This document shows, in pieces, positions 46,339-56,198 of a stretch of 64,000 nt of DNA. The position numbers and the translations under genes are program-made. The DNA is from an uncultured Holdemania sp. GTDB taxonomy: Bacteria > Bacillota_I > Bacilli_A > Erysipelotrichales > Erysipelotrichaceae. Position 1 is the first letter of the stretch, and every line of letters starts with the position of its first letter. The DNA lies in assembly GCA_964370435.1 (NCBI GenBank), contig CAYJJG010000007.1, positions 13,475-77,474 of the forward strand. The letters run 5' to 3'. The notes beneath the pieces were generated by a model that was not told the origin of the DNA, searched no databases, and saw only the letters and a program-made list of their open reading frames with translations.

Positions 46339-47570
46339 ACTATCTCTAATTCTTCAAAAGGAGTTGGTTTTGCAAAATAATATCCTTGTGAATAATCAAT
46401 GTTATTTTCTAGAACTACTTTTTGAATAGCTGAATCTTCAACAAATTCTGCAGTCGTTTTAGAGCCAATAAGATTAGACATATAACTTATAGATTGCAAT
46501 ATAATTTGATTATCTACATTAGTTAGTAGATTTTTAATAATATCACCGTCAATTTTAATTATATCTGGTTTAAGCGAGATAATGGAAGTATATGTCGCAA
46601 ACCCTACTCCAAAATCATCTACCGCTATTTTACAACCAATTTTTCTAGCCTCTATCAAAAAATCTGATAACGCTAAATTTTTATTATAATCTTCTGTTTC
46701 AACAAATTCTAAAATTACTTTATCAGGCGTAGGATGAGCTTCTAAACGATTTAATAACCATTGTTTAAACTCACTAGATTGAATCTCATATAATGTAATA
46801 TTTAAACTTAATTCACTTTGCTTATTTTCGAAGTCTTTTAATGCTTTATCGATAAGCATCTTACTTAAAGGTAAATACATTTTAAACATCTTAGCAGCAT
46901 CTAAGAACATCCCTGGTGGACACACTTTTCCTTGTTGATCATAAATTCTCATTAATGCTTCATATTTATGTATTACCCCATCATCATTATCCAGGATTCC
47001 TTGATAAAACGGGACTACTTTATCATGTTTTATTGCATGTGTTATTAAATCAAATAACATTACATTTTTTTCTTCTTCTGCTTCTAACAATTCTTTTTCG
47101 TTAGTAGCCACTATAAAATTGGATTGAGTATGTTGTTTTAAATGATATGCACTCTTTGCACGATTAATTAAGTTATCACCAAAAGCAACCACAAATCGTG
47201 ACACACCACCTAATCCTGTCTGTTGTGACTGAATAATTTCATATTGTTCATGATTAGTTTTCATTAAATTATAAAAATCTTCAACACTAATATCATCATT
47301 AGCTACCGCCATAAACGTTTTATATGAATGAATATAAACGTGTATTAAATGATCAATACCCATTTGTTTATAAGCTAAATTACCCATTTCAAGCACTTCT
47401 GTGCTTGTCTTATTGTATTTCTCTTCACCAAATGTTGCGATCATTAAATCAGCATTAATTACTTCTGTCATACATATTTTATTGTAGTTCATTGTTTTAT
47501 TATCAATGATAAACTGCTCATAACTTTGAATGTTAAATCGATGGTCAATTAATTTTTTCTTTTCTTCCAT
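46335..47570 (-). CDS. EAL-domain c-di-GMP phosphodiesterase with an N-terminal domain of unclear identity
   Basis: PFYQGI...YEALMRI, EFVETED, AVDDFGVGFATY, KIDG, AEFVED, QGYYFAKP: the full catalytic EAL residue set. The N-terminal ~170 aa are unrecognised (possibly a decayed GGDEF fold). Confidence 0.85.
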   Translation of the reverse strand: MEEKKKLIDHRFNIQSYEQFIIDNKTMNYNKICMTEVINADLMIATFGEEKYNKTSTEVLEMGNLAYKQMGIDHLIHVYIHSYKTFMAVANDDISVEDFYNLMKTNHEQYEIIQSQQTGLGGVSRFVVAFGDNLINRAKSAYHLKQHTQSNFIVATNEKELLEAEEEKNVMLFDLITHAIKHDKVVPFYQGILDNDDGVIHKYEALMRIYDQQGKVCPPGMFLDAAKMFKMYLPLSKMLIDKALKDFENKQSELSLNITLYEIQSSEFKQWLLNRLEAHPTPDKVILEFVETEDYNKNLALSDFLIEARKIGCKIAVDDFGVGFATYTSIISLKPDIIKIDGDIIKNLLTNVDNQIILQSISYMSNLIGSKTTAEFVEDSAIQKVVLENNIDYSQGYYFAKPTPFEELEIV

Positions 47571-47802
47571 TTATATCCCCCTAATGACACTAATTTGTAT
47601 AATTGTTTAAATTATTTATTCAACTTAACAACCTAAGAGAAATTGTATTCAGCTTATCTATTATCTATATAACTGCCTGTAGTTTTTATGTAACAATGAC
47701 ATTATATTCCAAAGTTATCTTAACTTCAATAATAATGTTACAATTATACTAAATGCAGTGAGAATTCATCATTTTATTTACCATTAATTTACCATTTAGC
47801 AT

Positions 47803-48885
47803 TTATTTACTAGAATTTTGATCTCGTTTTAATTCCCTAGCTACCATTACCGCTAAAGCAGTAATAAGCGGAACATGTTGCTTTTTACGCACATGTAAGA
47901 TGAAATTATCAAACACTAAATTATGGGCAGTGAGATTAAGGCTTTCTGCAATAGTTGCAATAACTTTATTATTAAGCTTAACAATATAATTAGTACCTAA
48001 CATATCATTAATGCTTTGCATCTCAAGTAATCCATCACTTGTTTCTAAAACAAAGGTATCGTGCATAATATCAATCTTTTGTTTAAATGTGCCATATTTC
48101 TCATTATTCATGTAAAAATCATAATGATCAGTTATACGTAAAAGTCTTTTTGTCATTTTAAACACTTCTTCACCCGTGCTCATATCATTCATATAAAAAG
48201 TTTTTAAAGGAATTGTACTATTTATTTCATAGATGGGATTACCTTCATAATCTGTAAGTGTAAATTTTTGTCCTGTTAATTTAAAGTCTTCATTAAATCG
48301 ATATATTTCACCTAAATCCCTATCATCAAAAAAAGATGTAACTTCTCCGGTATTTGAAAAAATATTTAAAACATTAAAAATATCCTCAATAGCACTTTGA
48401 CTTAACAAAGAATAACAGATTATATCCTCATCAGAAAAAATATTTACTTCTTTTTTTTCAATCGAATCAGCTCTTTCTTTAAGATCTGAAATCCAAAATG
48501 ATGCTGGATTATATGCAAGATAAAAGCTTCCAAACATCTTATGGAGATATAAGAAATCCCCATTTTCTGATGGACCAAAAATTAAACTCTTGTTTCTAAT
48601 TCCTTTAATCTTACCTAACCAAGGTTTTCCTAAAATAGTTTCTTGGTTTTTAAATGCTTCATAAAAATCTTGAACAGTTAACTTTCTTGTGTTTGCGATT
48701 TGTTTTGTTGAACTTACAGAGCTGTTATAAGTTTTTGGATCCGACATAATATACATAGTTACCCCAGCAATTAGCACTATCGTCCCTATAACAATATAAA
48801 AATCTTCAAAATCTCCAATATACATTAACCAAAATGAAAAAAGCCCAATTGAAATACTAATTAATTTTAAAATTATCCCCTTCAT
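47803..48885 (-). CDS. Two-TM membrane protein with a C-terminal LURP-one-related / tubby-like (DUF567, YxjI-like) domain
   Basis: Start at MKGIILKL (AAAGGAGAG SD). TM helices at the N-terminus. The C-terminal ~170 aa (YRFNEDFKLTGQKFTLTDYEGNPIYEI...FKMTKRLLRITDHYDFYMNNEKYGTFKQK...YIVKLNNKVIATIAE) show the repeated beta-hairpin pattern of the LOR/YxjI family. Confidence 0.45.
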   Translation of the reverse strand: MKGIILKLISISIGLFSFWLMYIGDFEDFYIVIGTIVLIAGVTMYIMSDPKTYNSSVSSTKQIANTRKLTVQDFYEAFKNQETILGKPWLGKIKGIRNKSLIFGPSENGDFLYLHKMFGSFYLAYNPASFWISDLKERADSIEKKEVNIFSDEDIICYSLLSQSAIEDIFNVLNIFSNTGEVTSFFDDRDLGEIYRFNEDFKLTGQKFTLTDYEGNPIYEINSTIPLKTFYMNDMSTGEEVFKMTKRLLRITDHYDFYMNNEKYGTFKQKIDIMHDTFVLETSDGLLEMQSINDMLGTNYIVKLNNKVIATIAESLNLTAHNLVFDNFILHVRKKQHVPLITALAVMVARELKRDQNSSK

Positions 48886-48962
48886 ATACTCTCCTTTATT
48901 TTTTACTTTGATTATTCTATCAATAAAAGTCAGTAGCGTCAACAAAGAGACAGGGTATTAAT

Positions 48963-49859
48963 TTAGAGTTTTTTATTATCGGCCAGCTCTTCAACCTGTT
49001 TATATAGATCTTCTACTGTACGCATTGAATGTGATTGCGGAAACACCGTGGTAATATAATGTTGAGCATAAGGGAAATAACAGATTTCAGCTATTTTAAA
49101 AGACTTATTTATAAAACCAAACTGTAGTTGATTTATTTGTATTTGTCTATTCTTTATTTTGTGGGCTTCTTTCATTTCTTGTGGATTAAAAATTAAACCA
49201 AAAGGATCTTTTCCACTGCTACCCAATTTCCCAGCATAGTCAACAGATAAATTTCCTTCTATCCATAAAGTTTGATTTAATGTTTCTTGTTTAAACTTAC
49301 TTATATCAATACTAAAGTCTAAACTATTGTTAGTGTGAGAATTAATAATATTACAAATGATTTTTGCATCATACATGGTAGTTAAAGTGGCATTATCCAC
49401 TGTTTGAGGCTTAAACCCATTTCCAGGGTCATAATTGTAAGTGTTCGATTCATAGTCACAAATTATCCATGAAATTAAATTACTCTTTTTGTTGCGCGCA
49501 ATTATATATAGTTCATACCTAATACCCCAAAATACACTAGTACGCACATTGAAACACCCTAAAATGGCACAAGTATAAGGTTTGGTATTAGAAAAAATAG
49601 ATATTGGTGCGAGTTCATAATTGTTTGGTAATAAATCTTTTATAGTTTCTTCATCAATTTGAAAACTCAAAAAAACACTATAAGGTTCTACAACAAAACC
49701 CATATACTGATTACTTCCTGATGTTTTATTAACAATAAGTTCTTGAAGCCACCGTGGCGTTTTCATTAACTTCTTTGCATTATGGTTTACTTTAATAATT
49801 TCATCTAGTGTAATTCGGTGCTCTACTTGTTTTATAAATTTAATCTCTTTATTCTCCAT
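48963..49859 (-). CDS. Hypothetical protein (298 aa, soluble, no recognised motif)
   Basis: Long ORF with coding-like composition, co-directional and 77 nt upstream of the LOR-domain gene. Confidence 0.6.
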   Translation of the reverse strand: MENKEIKFIKQVEHRITLDEIIKVNHNAKKLMKTPRWLQELIVNKTSGSNQYMGFVVEPYSVFLSFQIDEETIKDLLPNNYELAPISIFSNTKPYTCAILGCFNVRTSVFWGIRYELYIIARNKKSNLISWIICDYESNTYNYDPGNGFKPQTVDNATLTTMYDAKIICNIINSHTNNSLDFSIDISKFKQETLNQTLWIEGNLSVDYAGKLGSSGKDPFGLIFNPQEMKEAHKIKNRQIQINQLQFGFINKSFKIAEICYFPYAQHYITTVFPQSHSMRTVEDLYKQVEELADNKKL

Positions 49860-50209
49860 GATGCATCCCCTCTTAATACACTATAATAGTATATACAGTT
49901 GCTTATTATTTAAGACGACTATTACCTAAGTTGTGGTTATTCCTTTATAATCTAGAAGTTTCAACAAAGAAATTAAAGATAATAAATTTGTAGTCCCTTA
50001 TCCATTTTAAAAATACTTTTTCATACCTCTTTATTATAATTATAAGAAATAGCGTTGGAATTAAAGTTACTTCACGTCTTGTTTTTAACCAAACAATATG
50101 TTATTATTTGGTAGCAATTTATGTTAAAATTAGATTATCATAATCATGTATTAATAAAAATTAATAACTAACCTATATTGGGTCGTTATAGCAATACGGA
50201 GGCAGTATT

Positions 50210-53200
50210 ATGAAAGTAAAGCGTTTTTTTTCAAAACATATAATAACAGTAGTTATTGTATTTTACATAGTTACAATTGGTCTTTTACTAAATTATGTCC
50301 ATGCTTTATCAGATGAAGCAATTATTAATTCTACTTTTGACAAAATAGATCAAATTGGATTACAATACCAAACACTATTAACCAATACTTTAAACGAGGC
50401 TGCTGATGAACTTGAAATTTTTTCAGAGTTTATCGTAGATAATAATATTGATAGCGATAATATAGTTGAATATATGAATTCACAATCCCATGCAACAAAC
50501 TTTGACCAGCTATACTATATTGAATTAGATGGCACTGGTATTTCTAAAAATAATGAAACATTAAATTTCTCTGATAATTTATCATTTCAGTCTGCTCTTA
50601 AAAATGAAACCTATGTAGAAGCTCCCTATATTTCTTTTGAAACCTCCGAAGTTGTTTTCAACTTAGCTATTCCGGTATTGAAAGAGCAGCAACCGATAGC
50701 AGTTTTGTATAGTGAAGTTTCGGTAAATGACTTTTTTGATATCATTTTACGTAATAAAAATTATGAAGGTGATATCTTTTTCGTTGACGACAATTTAAGT
50801 ATGATTTTCTCAACAAGTGCTAACCATAGAAATACAAGATCAATTCCAGAAATGGATGTAGCAGAAATGGGCATACATAATGTTATAGAGGCTCAAAACA
50901 ATATCCAAAACAAGCAAAATGGTAAATTTCACTATGATTATTTTGGTACATCTAAGGTTATGGTTTATTATCCATTAGAGATGACTAACTTTGCACTGGC
51001 CTTAAATGCACATACTAATTCTATTAGCAGCGAAATAATAAGAGCTTCGGATTATTTTGTAACAGTAGACTCTATAATTTATTGGACAGTTATTATTCTT
51101 GTAATTTGGATAGCTATTATGCAGCATCATGGAAACAAGCGTATCTTAAAACTGGCTTATTATGATGCTTTGACTGAGCTTCCCAATATGACTAAGTTGA
51201 AAATAGATATGGAGATTATTTTAAAGAAAAACAATAATAAAGAATATTCTATCATTATATTTGACATAGCAAACTTTAAAGCGATCAATGAAATCTTCGG
51301 CTACGCTACTGGCGATGCTGTTTTAAAATCACTTAAAGGTTATTGTGATATGGTTCAAATTCCATCTTTAATTACTTCACGCATCGGTGATGATAAATTT
51401 GCAATGTTTGCCCTAAGTGAAGTATTAGACGATTTAGACAAGATTTTAGTCAATGTCATGGATTATTATGACACTGTGTTGCCTGAATTAAAAGACTATG
51501 CTGCAACATATAAAATAGGTAGATACAAAATTGATAAAGGTGATACCAATGTTGAAGAAATTATAAGTAAAGTTAATCTTGCACATAATAAAGCTAAAGA
51601 AACAAGTGGCGAGTTTCTATGTGAATATGATGATAAATTTAAAAAAATTCTACAAGCCGAAGCAGAGATTACTAATAGAACAAATTCTGCCCTCGCTAAC
51701 AAAGAGTTCAAAACATATTTTCAGCCAAAATTTGAAATATCAGAAAACAAACTGATTGGTGCTGAAGCTCTTGTTCGTTGGGTAGAACCTACTGGCGAAA
51801 TTAAATATCCAAATGATTTTATCCCACTTTTTGAACGTAATGGATTTATTGTTCAACTTGATAATTACATACTTGAGCAAGTATGTATAACTCTTCGAAA
51901 ATGGAATGATGAAGGTTTACGCATGATTCCTATTTCGGTCAATTGCTCAAGGCTTAATTTACAAAATCCTAACTTTGTACAGGAATTTGTAGCAACCGTA
52001 AACAAATACAATATAGAGCACAAATATATTGAAATAGAACTTACAGAGTCTACCACAATAGAAAATGCAAAAATGGTTGAACAAGTTTTAGTTGAATTAC
52101 ATAATGAAGGTTTCAGAATTGCTATTGATGATTTTGGATCAGGATATTCTTCGTTAGGCATGTTGACAAAATTTCAAGTTGATACACTTAAAATGGATAG
52201 AAGTTTCTTTGTAGACGGAAAAAATACCAGGCGTGATGGTATGCTTATTGACAGCATTGTAAAAATGGCACATAACCTAAAAATGCATGTTGTGGCTGAA
52301 GGTATTGAAACAGAAAAACAAATTGAATTTCTTCGTTCTATGAACTGTGATGCTGTTCAGGGTTACTGCTATGATAAACCCATGTCAATTGACCAATTTG
52401 AAGAAAAATATCGTGCTGAGATGGAAGTAAGTGATAATGGCACATTTAGTCTTCCTCTTATAAGTCGCATCAATGATGTAAAGTATGCAATTTCTTTTGT
52501 ACCCAGTGGTTTTCTTGTAGCAAAACTTGATGAACATTTTACATTAGTTGAAGCAAATGATTATTATTTTGAAATGATTGGTTATACAAGGGAAGAAGTA
52601 AGAGATGATTTCAAAAATCAAGGTCTTAGCCTTATGACTCCTGAAAAAAGAGAAGAAACAGTAACATACTTTAAAAAACAAATGCAAGAAAATCCAAAAG
52701 GACAAATGAATTTCACTACACCGTTCACAACAAAGTCTGGAGAAATACTTGTATTTGAATTTAATGGTAAGGTTGCTGAAGATGAACATGGAGAATTACG
52801 TCTTTATACTTCTGTCATGGATATTACAGATTACATCAGGAAAGACAATAAGTTACAAAATGAGAAAGACTTTAATGCACGCATTGCAGCACTCACAAAC
52901 AATGCATTCTTCGAATACGACAGAGAATTAGATATGCTTCACTTTTCTATGGATTTTGCAGAGAGATTTAAAATCCCTAATATCATCGAAAACCTAATGA
53001 GCACGCGTGTTTTCAAGGACTTTTTAGTTGAACATATAAGAACTACTCCTAGTAGTTCCTTACAAATTAAGGGAGATGGAGCATTTTGTGCAAAGCTGCC
53101 TAGTGGCGATCTAGTTTGGTATGATTACAGCTACAAAACTATTTATGATGAGTTTAAGAAAAAAGAAATAATTGTAGGTCTAATGATAGAGTCAACAGAT

Positions 53201-53215
53201 CGAAATAAAAGCTAA
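50210..53215 (+). CDS. Membrane sensor: extracellular Cache-like domain, TM, degenerate GGDEF, EAL and C-terminal PAS-like region
   Basis: 1001 aa. N-terminal TM, a ~260-aa external domain, a second TM. YYDALTELPN...RIGDDKFAMF (GGDEF degraded to GDDKF). YFQPKF...EALVRW, EIELTES, DDFGSGYSSL, KMDRSF, AEGIETE, QGY (intact EAL). PAS-like tail (FTLVEANDYYFEMIGYTREE). Confidence 0.85.
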   Translation: MKVKRFFSKHIITVVIVFYIVTIGLLLNYVHALSDEAIINSTFDKIDQIGLQYQTLLTNTLNEAADELEIFSEFIVDNNIDSDNIVEYMNSQSHATNFDQLYYIELDGTGISKNNETLNFSDNLSFQSALKNETYVEAPYISFETSEVVFNLAIPVLKEQQPIAVLYSEVSVNDFFDIILRNKNYEGDIFFVDDNLSMIFSTSANHRNTRSIPEMDVAEMGIHNVIEAQNNIQNKQNGKFHYDYFGTSKVMVYYPLEMTNFALALNAHTNSISSEIIRASDYFVTVDSIIYWTVIILVIWIAIMQHHGNKRILKLAYYDALTELPNMTKLKIDMEIILKKNNNKEYSIIIFDIANFKAINEIFGYATGDAVLKSLKGYCDMVQIPSLITSRIGDDKFAMFALSEVLDDLDKILVNVMDYYDTVLPELKDYAATYKIGRYKIDKGDTNVEEIISKVNLAHNKAKETSGEFLCEYDDKFKKILQAEAEITNRTNSALANKEFKTYFQPKFEISENKLIGAEALVRWVEPTGEIKYPNDFIPLFERNGFIVQLDNYILEQVCITLRKWNDEGLRMIPISVNCSRLNLQNPNFVQEFVATVNKYNIEHKYIEIELTESTTIENAKMVEQVLVELHNEGFRIAIDDFGSGYSSLGMLTKFQVDTLKMDRSFFVDGKNTRRDGMLIDSIVKMAHNLKMHVVAEGIETEKQIEFLRSMNCDAVQGYCYDKPMSIDQFEEKYRAEMEVSDNGTFSLPLISRINDVKYAISFVPSGFLVAKLDEHFTLVEANDYYFEMIGYTREEVRDDFKNQGLSLMTPEKREETVTYFKKQMQENPKGQMNFTTPFTTKSGEILVFEFNGKVAEDEHGELRLYTSVMDITDYIRKDNKLQNEKDFNARIAALTNNAFFEYDRELDMLHFSMDFAERFKIPNIIENLMSTRVFKDFLVEHIRTTPSSSLQIKGDGAFCAKLPSGDLVWYDYSYKTIYDEFKKKEIIVGLMIESTDRNKS

Positions 53216-53236
53216 TTATACTATCTCGTAATCAGC

Positions 53237-53274
53237 AAAAACAGAGTAGCCCCTGAGGTCACTCTGTTTTTTTT
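53237..53274. terminator. Rho-independent terminator
   Basis: aaaaACAGAGTagcccctgaggtcACTCTGTtttttttt. Confidence 0.85.
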
Positions 53275-53365
53275 AATAGTATCTGCGATAACATCTGCAT
53301 ACAGCCGATAAGAAGTCCAGTGATGAGAAAAAAGAAAATCCATGTGTTCACACTAATACTTGGTA

Positions 53366-53399
53366 CTATATTGTATCAATATAGCTTGTATGCTATAAT
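53366..53399 (+). promoter_or_regulatory. Promoter TTGTAT-17-TATAAT overlapped by a perfect 8-3-8 palindrome
   Basis: CTATATTGtatCAATATAG at 53366-53384. The -35 TTGTAT lies at 53371-53376 and the -10 TATAAT at 53394-53399, about 80 nt upstream of the beta-helix protein gene. Confidence 0.5.
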
Positions 53400-53479
53400 T
53401 GAACAGGTTATTTTCACATTATTTATATTATATTTATTGTTTATGTAACACTGTTAAGTAAAAGGAGATATCATTAAAA

Positions 53480-55339
53480 ATGAAAAAATTTATATTATCG
53501 TTTGCAGTTTGTTGCTTACTTTTTGGTTTTATGCCTACAAACATATTTGCAAACAATGAACAAATGCCAAATGAAGGTGAAATGTCTGTTGCGCTGCAAG
53601 TGCTACCCCATTTCATCGAACCCAATACACCAGAAATTACAAGCAGTGATATACAAAACCCTGTTGTAGACATTGCCGTGAATAGTCTTTATCTAAGAGA
53701 TAACCTCACAAGTATGCAGTACTCTTTTGATAATACCCTATGGATTGATTACACAGGTGAAGTGACCATACATGGCACAACCACTGAAAATTTCGTGCAG
53801 TTGCAAAGCGGTGTACACAATATCACCTTAGACGGTGTGAGCATCAATACTACAACTGCCTCTGAAGCTGCCTTTGATATACAAGGCGACGCTACAGCAA
53901 ACATCACCCTTAAGGACGACAGTGTAAATACACTAACAAGTAAAGGTTCTTTTGCAGGCTTACAAGTGCAGCATAAAAATGGCAGTATTGCCACCCTTAA
54001 TATAACAGATCTTGGCAACGGCTCACTCGTTGCCACTGGTTCCTTTGGTGGAGCCGGTATTGGTGGTGGTCATAGTGTTTCCGCTGGCATTGTAACAATA
54101 GCAGGTGGCATTGTAACTGCCATTGGAAAAGATACAGGTTCAGGCATTGGTGGTGGCGTTTACGGCGCTGGTGCCACAGTAACTATAAGTGGCGGCACTG
54201 TAATAGCCACAAGCGCAGGCGCCACAGCCATAGGATCCGGTAATAATAGCACTAATTATGGCTCATTTACCACAACAGCTGCAGATGGCACAAAAGGTAA
54301 TGCCTTTATTGTTGCTTCAACCAGTAGTAATAACAGAAAAATTGGAGATACAAGTAAAATAGGAGAATGGCAAGGTATAATTTTCGAGGGCAATGTTGGA
54401 CATGTATATGGCTCACCTACTCTTTCAGTAAATGCCGAAATACCTAATGGTAAAACTCTCACCGTAGAAACCAATCGCAACTTCACTATAGACGTAGCAG
54501 CAACTTTAACAAACAACGGTACACTTATAAATGACGGCACATTTATAAACGATGGTACACTAACCGGTTCAGGCGTACTAGATGGCAACGGAATATTTCA
54601 AACAACCCGTCTAGAACCGGGAAATATAGTCTTACAAAACAGTTATGAATATACCGGAATCCCCATAACTGTAACACCTACTATAAGTGGTGGTATCATC
54701 GCAATGGGTAAGATGTTTAATGCAGTAGACACAGGATGGACCTATTTTTGCGAGATAAATAATGCTGGGACGTGGCAAAACAGTACTGTACAAGAAATAG
54801 GCGACTACCGTTTTCGTTACCAAAAAACAGGAATGTATGATGTAACACAAAGCTTTGTGGTGACAAACGATTTACGCCGTGGAGGCGATTTCCCATATAA
54901 CCCTATAGGCACTTTAAACAAGGACGATTCTAGCTTGCCTGATGGAACATCGCTAAAAGACGAAGGTACTGTGATAATAACAAACCTAATACTAGACAAG
55001 TTTAAAGCCGAGGCAAAAAACCTGGCTATGTCAGAAGAAATAGTTTATATTCATGACCTAGAACTAGTAAATACAGCTGATGACAGCGATGCCACACCAG
55101 ATGCACAGACACGCATACGTATCGATGTGCCAGGACTTTTATCAATCGACAAGGCATGGGTTCTACACGAGCTTGCAGACGGCAGCATAGAAAAATATGA
55201 GGCAGAGTGTTATAACGGATATTTACTCTTTACCCCTACATCCTTTTCTGTATATTCTGTGGTAGTAGATTGGGCATCTCGTGGTGGTTCCTCAACACAC
55301 AACCCATCAATTGCACCACTTACAGGAGTTTATAACTAA
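53480..55339 (+). CDS. Secreted Gly-rich beta-helix-type surface protein
   Basis: Signal peptide MKKFILSFAVCCLLFGFMPTNIFA. Repeated turns of the type GSFGGAGIGGG / GKDTGSGIGGG / GATAIGSGNN, then NNGTLINDGTFINDGTLTGSG. Markedly higher G+C than its surroundings. Bounded by terminators. Confidence 0.75.
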   Translation: MKKFILSFAVCCLLFGFMPTNIFANNEQMPNEGEMSVALQVLPHFIEPNTPEITSSDIQNPVVDIAVNSLYLRDNLTSMQYSFDNTLWIDYTGEVTIHGTTTENFVQLQSGVHNITLDGVSINTTTASEAAFDIQGDATANITLKDDSVNTLTSKGSFAGLQVQHKNGSIATLNITDLGNGSLVATGSFGGAGIGGGHSVSAGIVTIAGGIVTAIGKDTGSGIGGGVYGAGATVTISGGTVIATSAGATAIGSGNNSTNYGSFTTTAADGTKGNAFIVASTSSNNRKIGDTSKIGEWQGIIFEGNVGHVYGSPTLSVNAEIPNGKTLTVETNRNFTIDVAATLTNNGTLINDGTFINDGTLTGSGVLDGNGIFQTTRLEPGNIVLQNSYEYTGIPITVTPTISGGIIAMGKMFNAVDTGWTYFCEINNAGTWQNSTVQEIGDYRFRYQKTGMYDVTQSFVVTNDLRRGGDFPYNPIGTLNKDDSSLPDGTSLKDEGTVIITNLILDKFKAEAKNLAMSEEIVYIHDLELVNTADDSDATPDAQTRIRIDVPGLLSIDKAWVLHELADGSIEKYEAECYNGYLLFTPTSFSVYSVVVDWASRGGSSTHNPSIAPLTGVYN

Positions 55340-55385
55340 CTACAATAGGTCATCTGATTTCCATAACTGCAATCATGGAGATAGT

Positions 55386-55424
55386 AAAAAAACAGTGTAC
55401 AATATAATTTGTACACTGTTTTTG
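55386..55424 (+). terminator. Rho-independent terminator
   Basis: aaaaaaACAGTGTACAAtataaTTTGTACACTGTttttg. Confidence 0.85.
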
Positions 55425-55643
55425 TCTGTGCCCTTTTTTATTATGGCAATTTTTTGATATTATTTATAAAAGAACTCTCTTTAAACGGACTGTATGACAA
55501 CCTTTAATACCGTCCCTAACTTGAAACACTAACAATAAGTGGTTTTAATACATTACAAATTAATATGGCAAGAAAATCATATAATACTATGATACCTGTA
55601 GGTATGTCACAAGGAAAAAGAAGCCCAAAACGCAGGCTCCTCC

Positions 55644-56198
55644 TTATTTAAAATCAAATTTTTCTTTAATGATTTTTGCAACTTCTATTGCATCAATATC
55701 TGTATTTTCAATCCTTAAATAATTATCAAAAGGGACTTCACCTTTTTCGCTAACTAATCGATACTTAGCGTCTTCTCTTAAAATTAAAAACTCTGATAAA
55801 TTAATGTCTTGTTTTGATTTTTTATTTTTTTGCCTATTTTCACTCTTATTGCGTTGCAGTCTTATTTCTTGTGGAGCAATCAGTTCTACACAATAAAATT
55901 CTGTTTCATAGGGTTCAAATATTTCTTTTACTGATTGAATATAATCCCAATCTTCTTGTTGATCAAATGCCCACATATAAGTGAAGATCATTCCATAATT
56001 TTCTGATTTTGCGAATTCTTCAAAAATAACTTTTCTTAATTTATCAACTGCTTCACCATTGGGTTTGCCAAATACATCCAAAACGGGCTCAATCGTCATA
56101 TGATTATGAAAAAGTCTAAGATTTGTAAACTTCATCAGTTCTTGCCCAACAGTCATTTTACCAACTGCGCCACTACCTATCAAAAATAATAATTTCAT
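55644..56198 (-). CDS. P-loop kinase/ATPase-like protein with a variant Walker A
   Basis: 184 aa. N-terminus MKLLFLIGSGAVGKMTVG (GxxxxGK followed by M-T rather than S/T). Size and layout resemble small nucleotide/shikimate-type kinases. GGAAAGGGG SD. Confidence 0.6.
   Translation of the reverse strand: MKLLFLIGSGAVGKMTVGQELMKFTNLRLFHNHMTIEPVLDVFGKPNGEAVDKLRKVIFEEFAKSENYGMIFTYMWAFDQQEDWDYIQSVKEIFEPYETEFYCVELIAPQEIRLQRNKSENRQKNKKSKQDINLSEFLILREDAKYRLVSEKGEVPFDNYLRIENTDIDAIEVAKIIKEKFDFK

Noticed and set aside
50224-50231. T8 homopolymer at codons 5-8 of the GGDEF/EAL sensor gene, as a possible phase-variation tract
   Set aside because: Runs of 7-10 A/T are frequent throughout this AT-rich window, in terminators, spacers and coding regions alike. 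Without population data there is no reason to single this one out.
51496-54999. Track ORFs antisense to the GGDEF/EAL sensor and the beta-helix gene (51496-51711, 51865-52161, 52544-52789, 52749-52931, 53434-53673, 53749-54036, 54256-54588, 54632-54850, 54817-54999)
   Set aside because: Shadow ORFs inside long coding regions. Their number in 53.7-55.0 kb reflects the higher G+C, which leaves fewer stop codons, not real genes.
55310-55405. Possible decayed sortase signal at the end of the beta-helix protein: ...SIAPLTGVYN stop, with a +2 frame reading LTTIGHLISITAIMEIVKKQ just downstream
   Set aside because: APLTG is not a proper LPXTG, and the putative TM contains His and Glu. A frameshift must be assumed, and the downstream stretch overlaps the terminator. 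This is too speculative.
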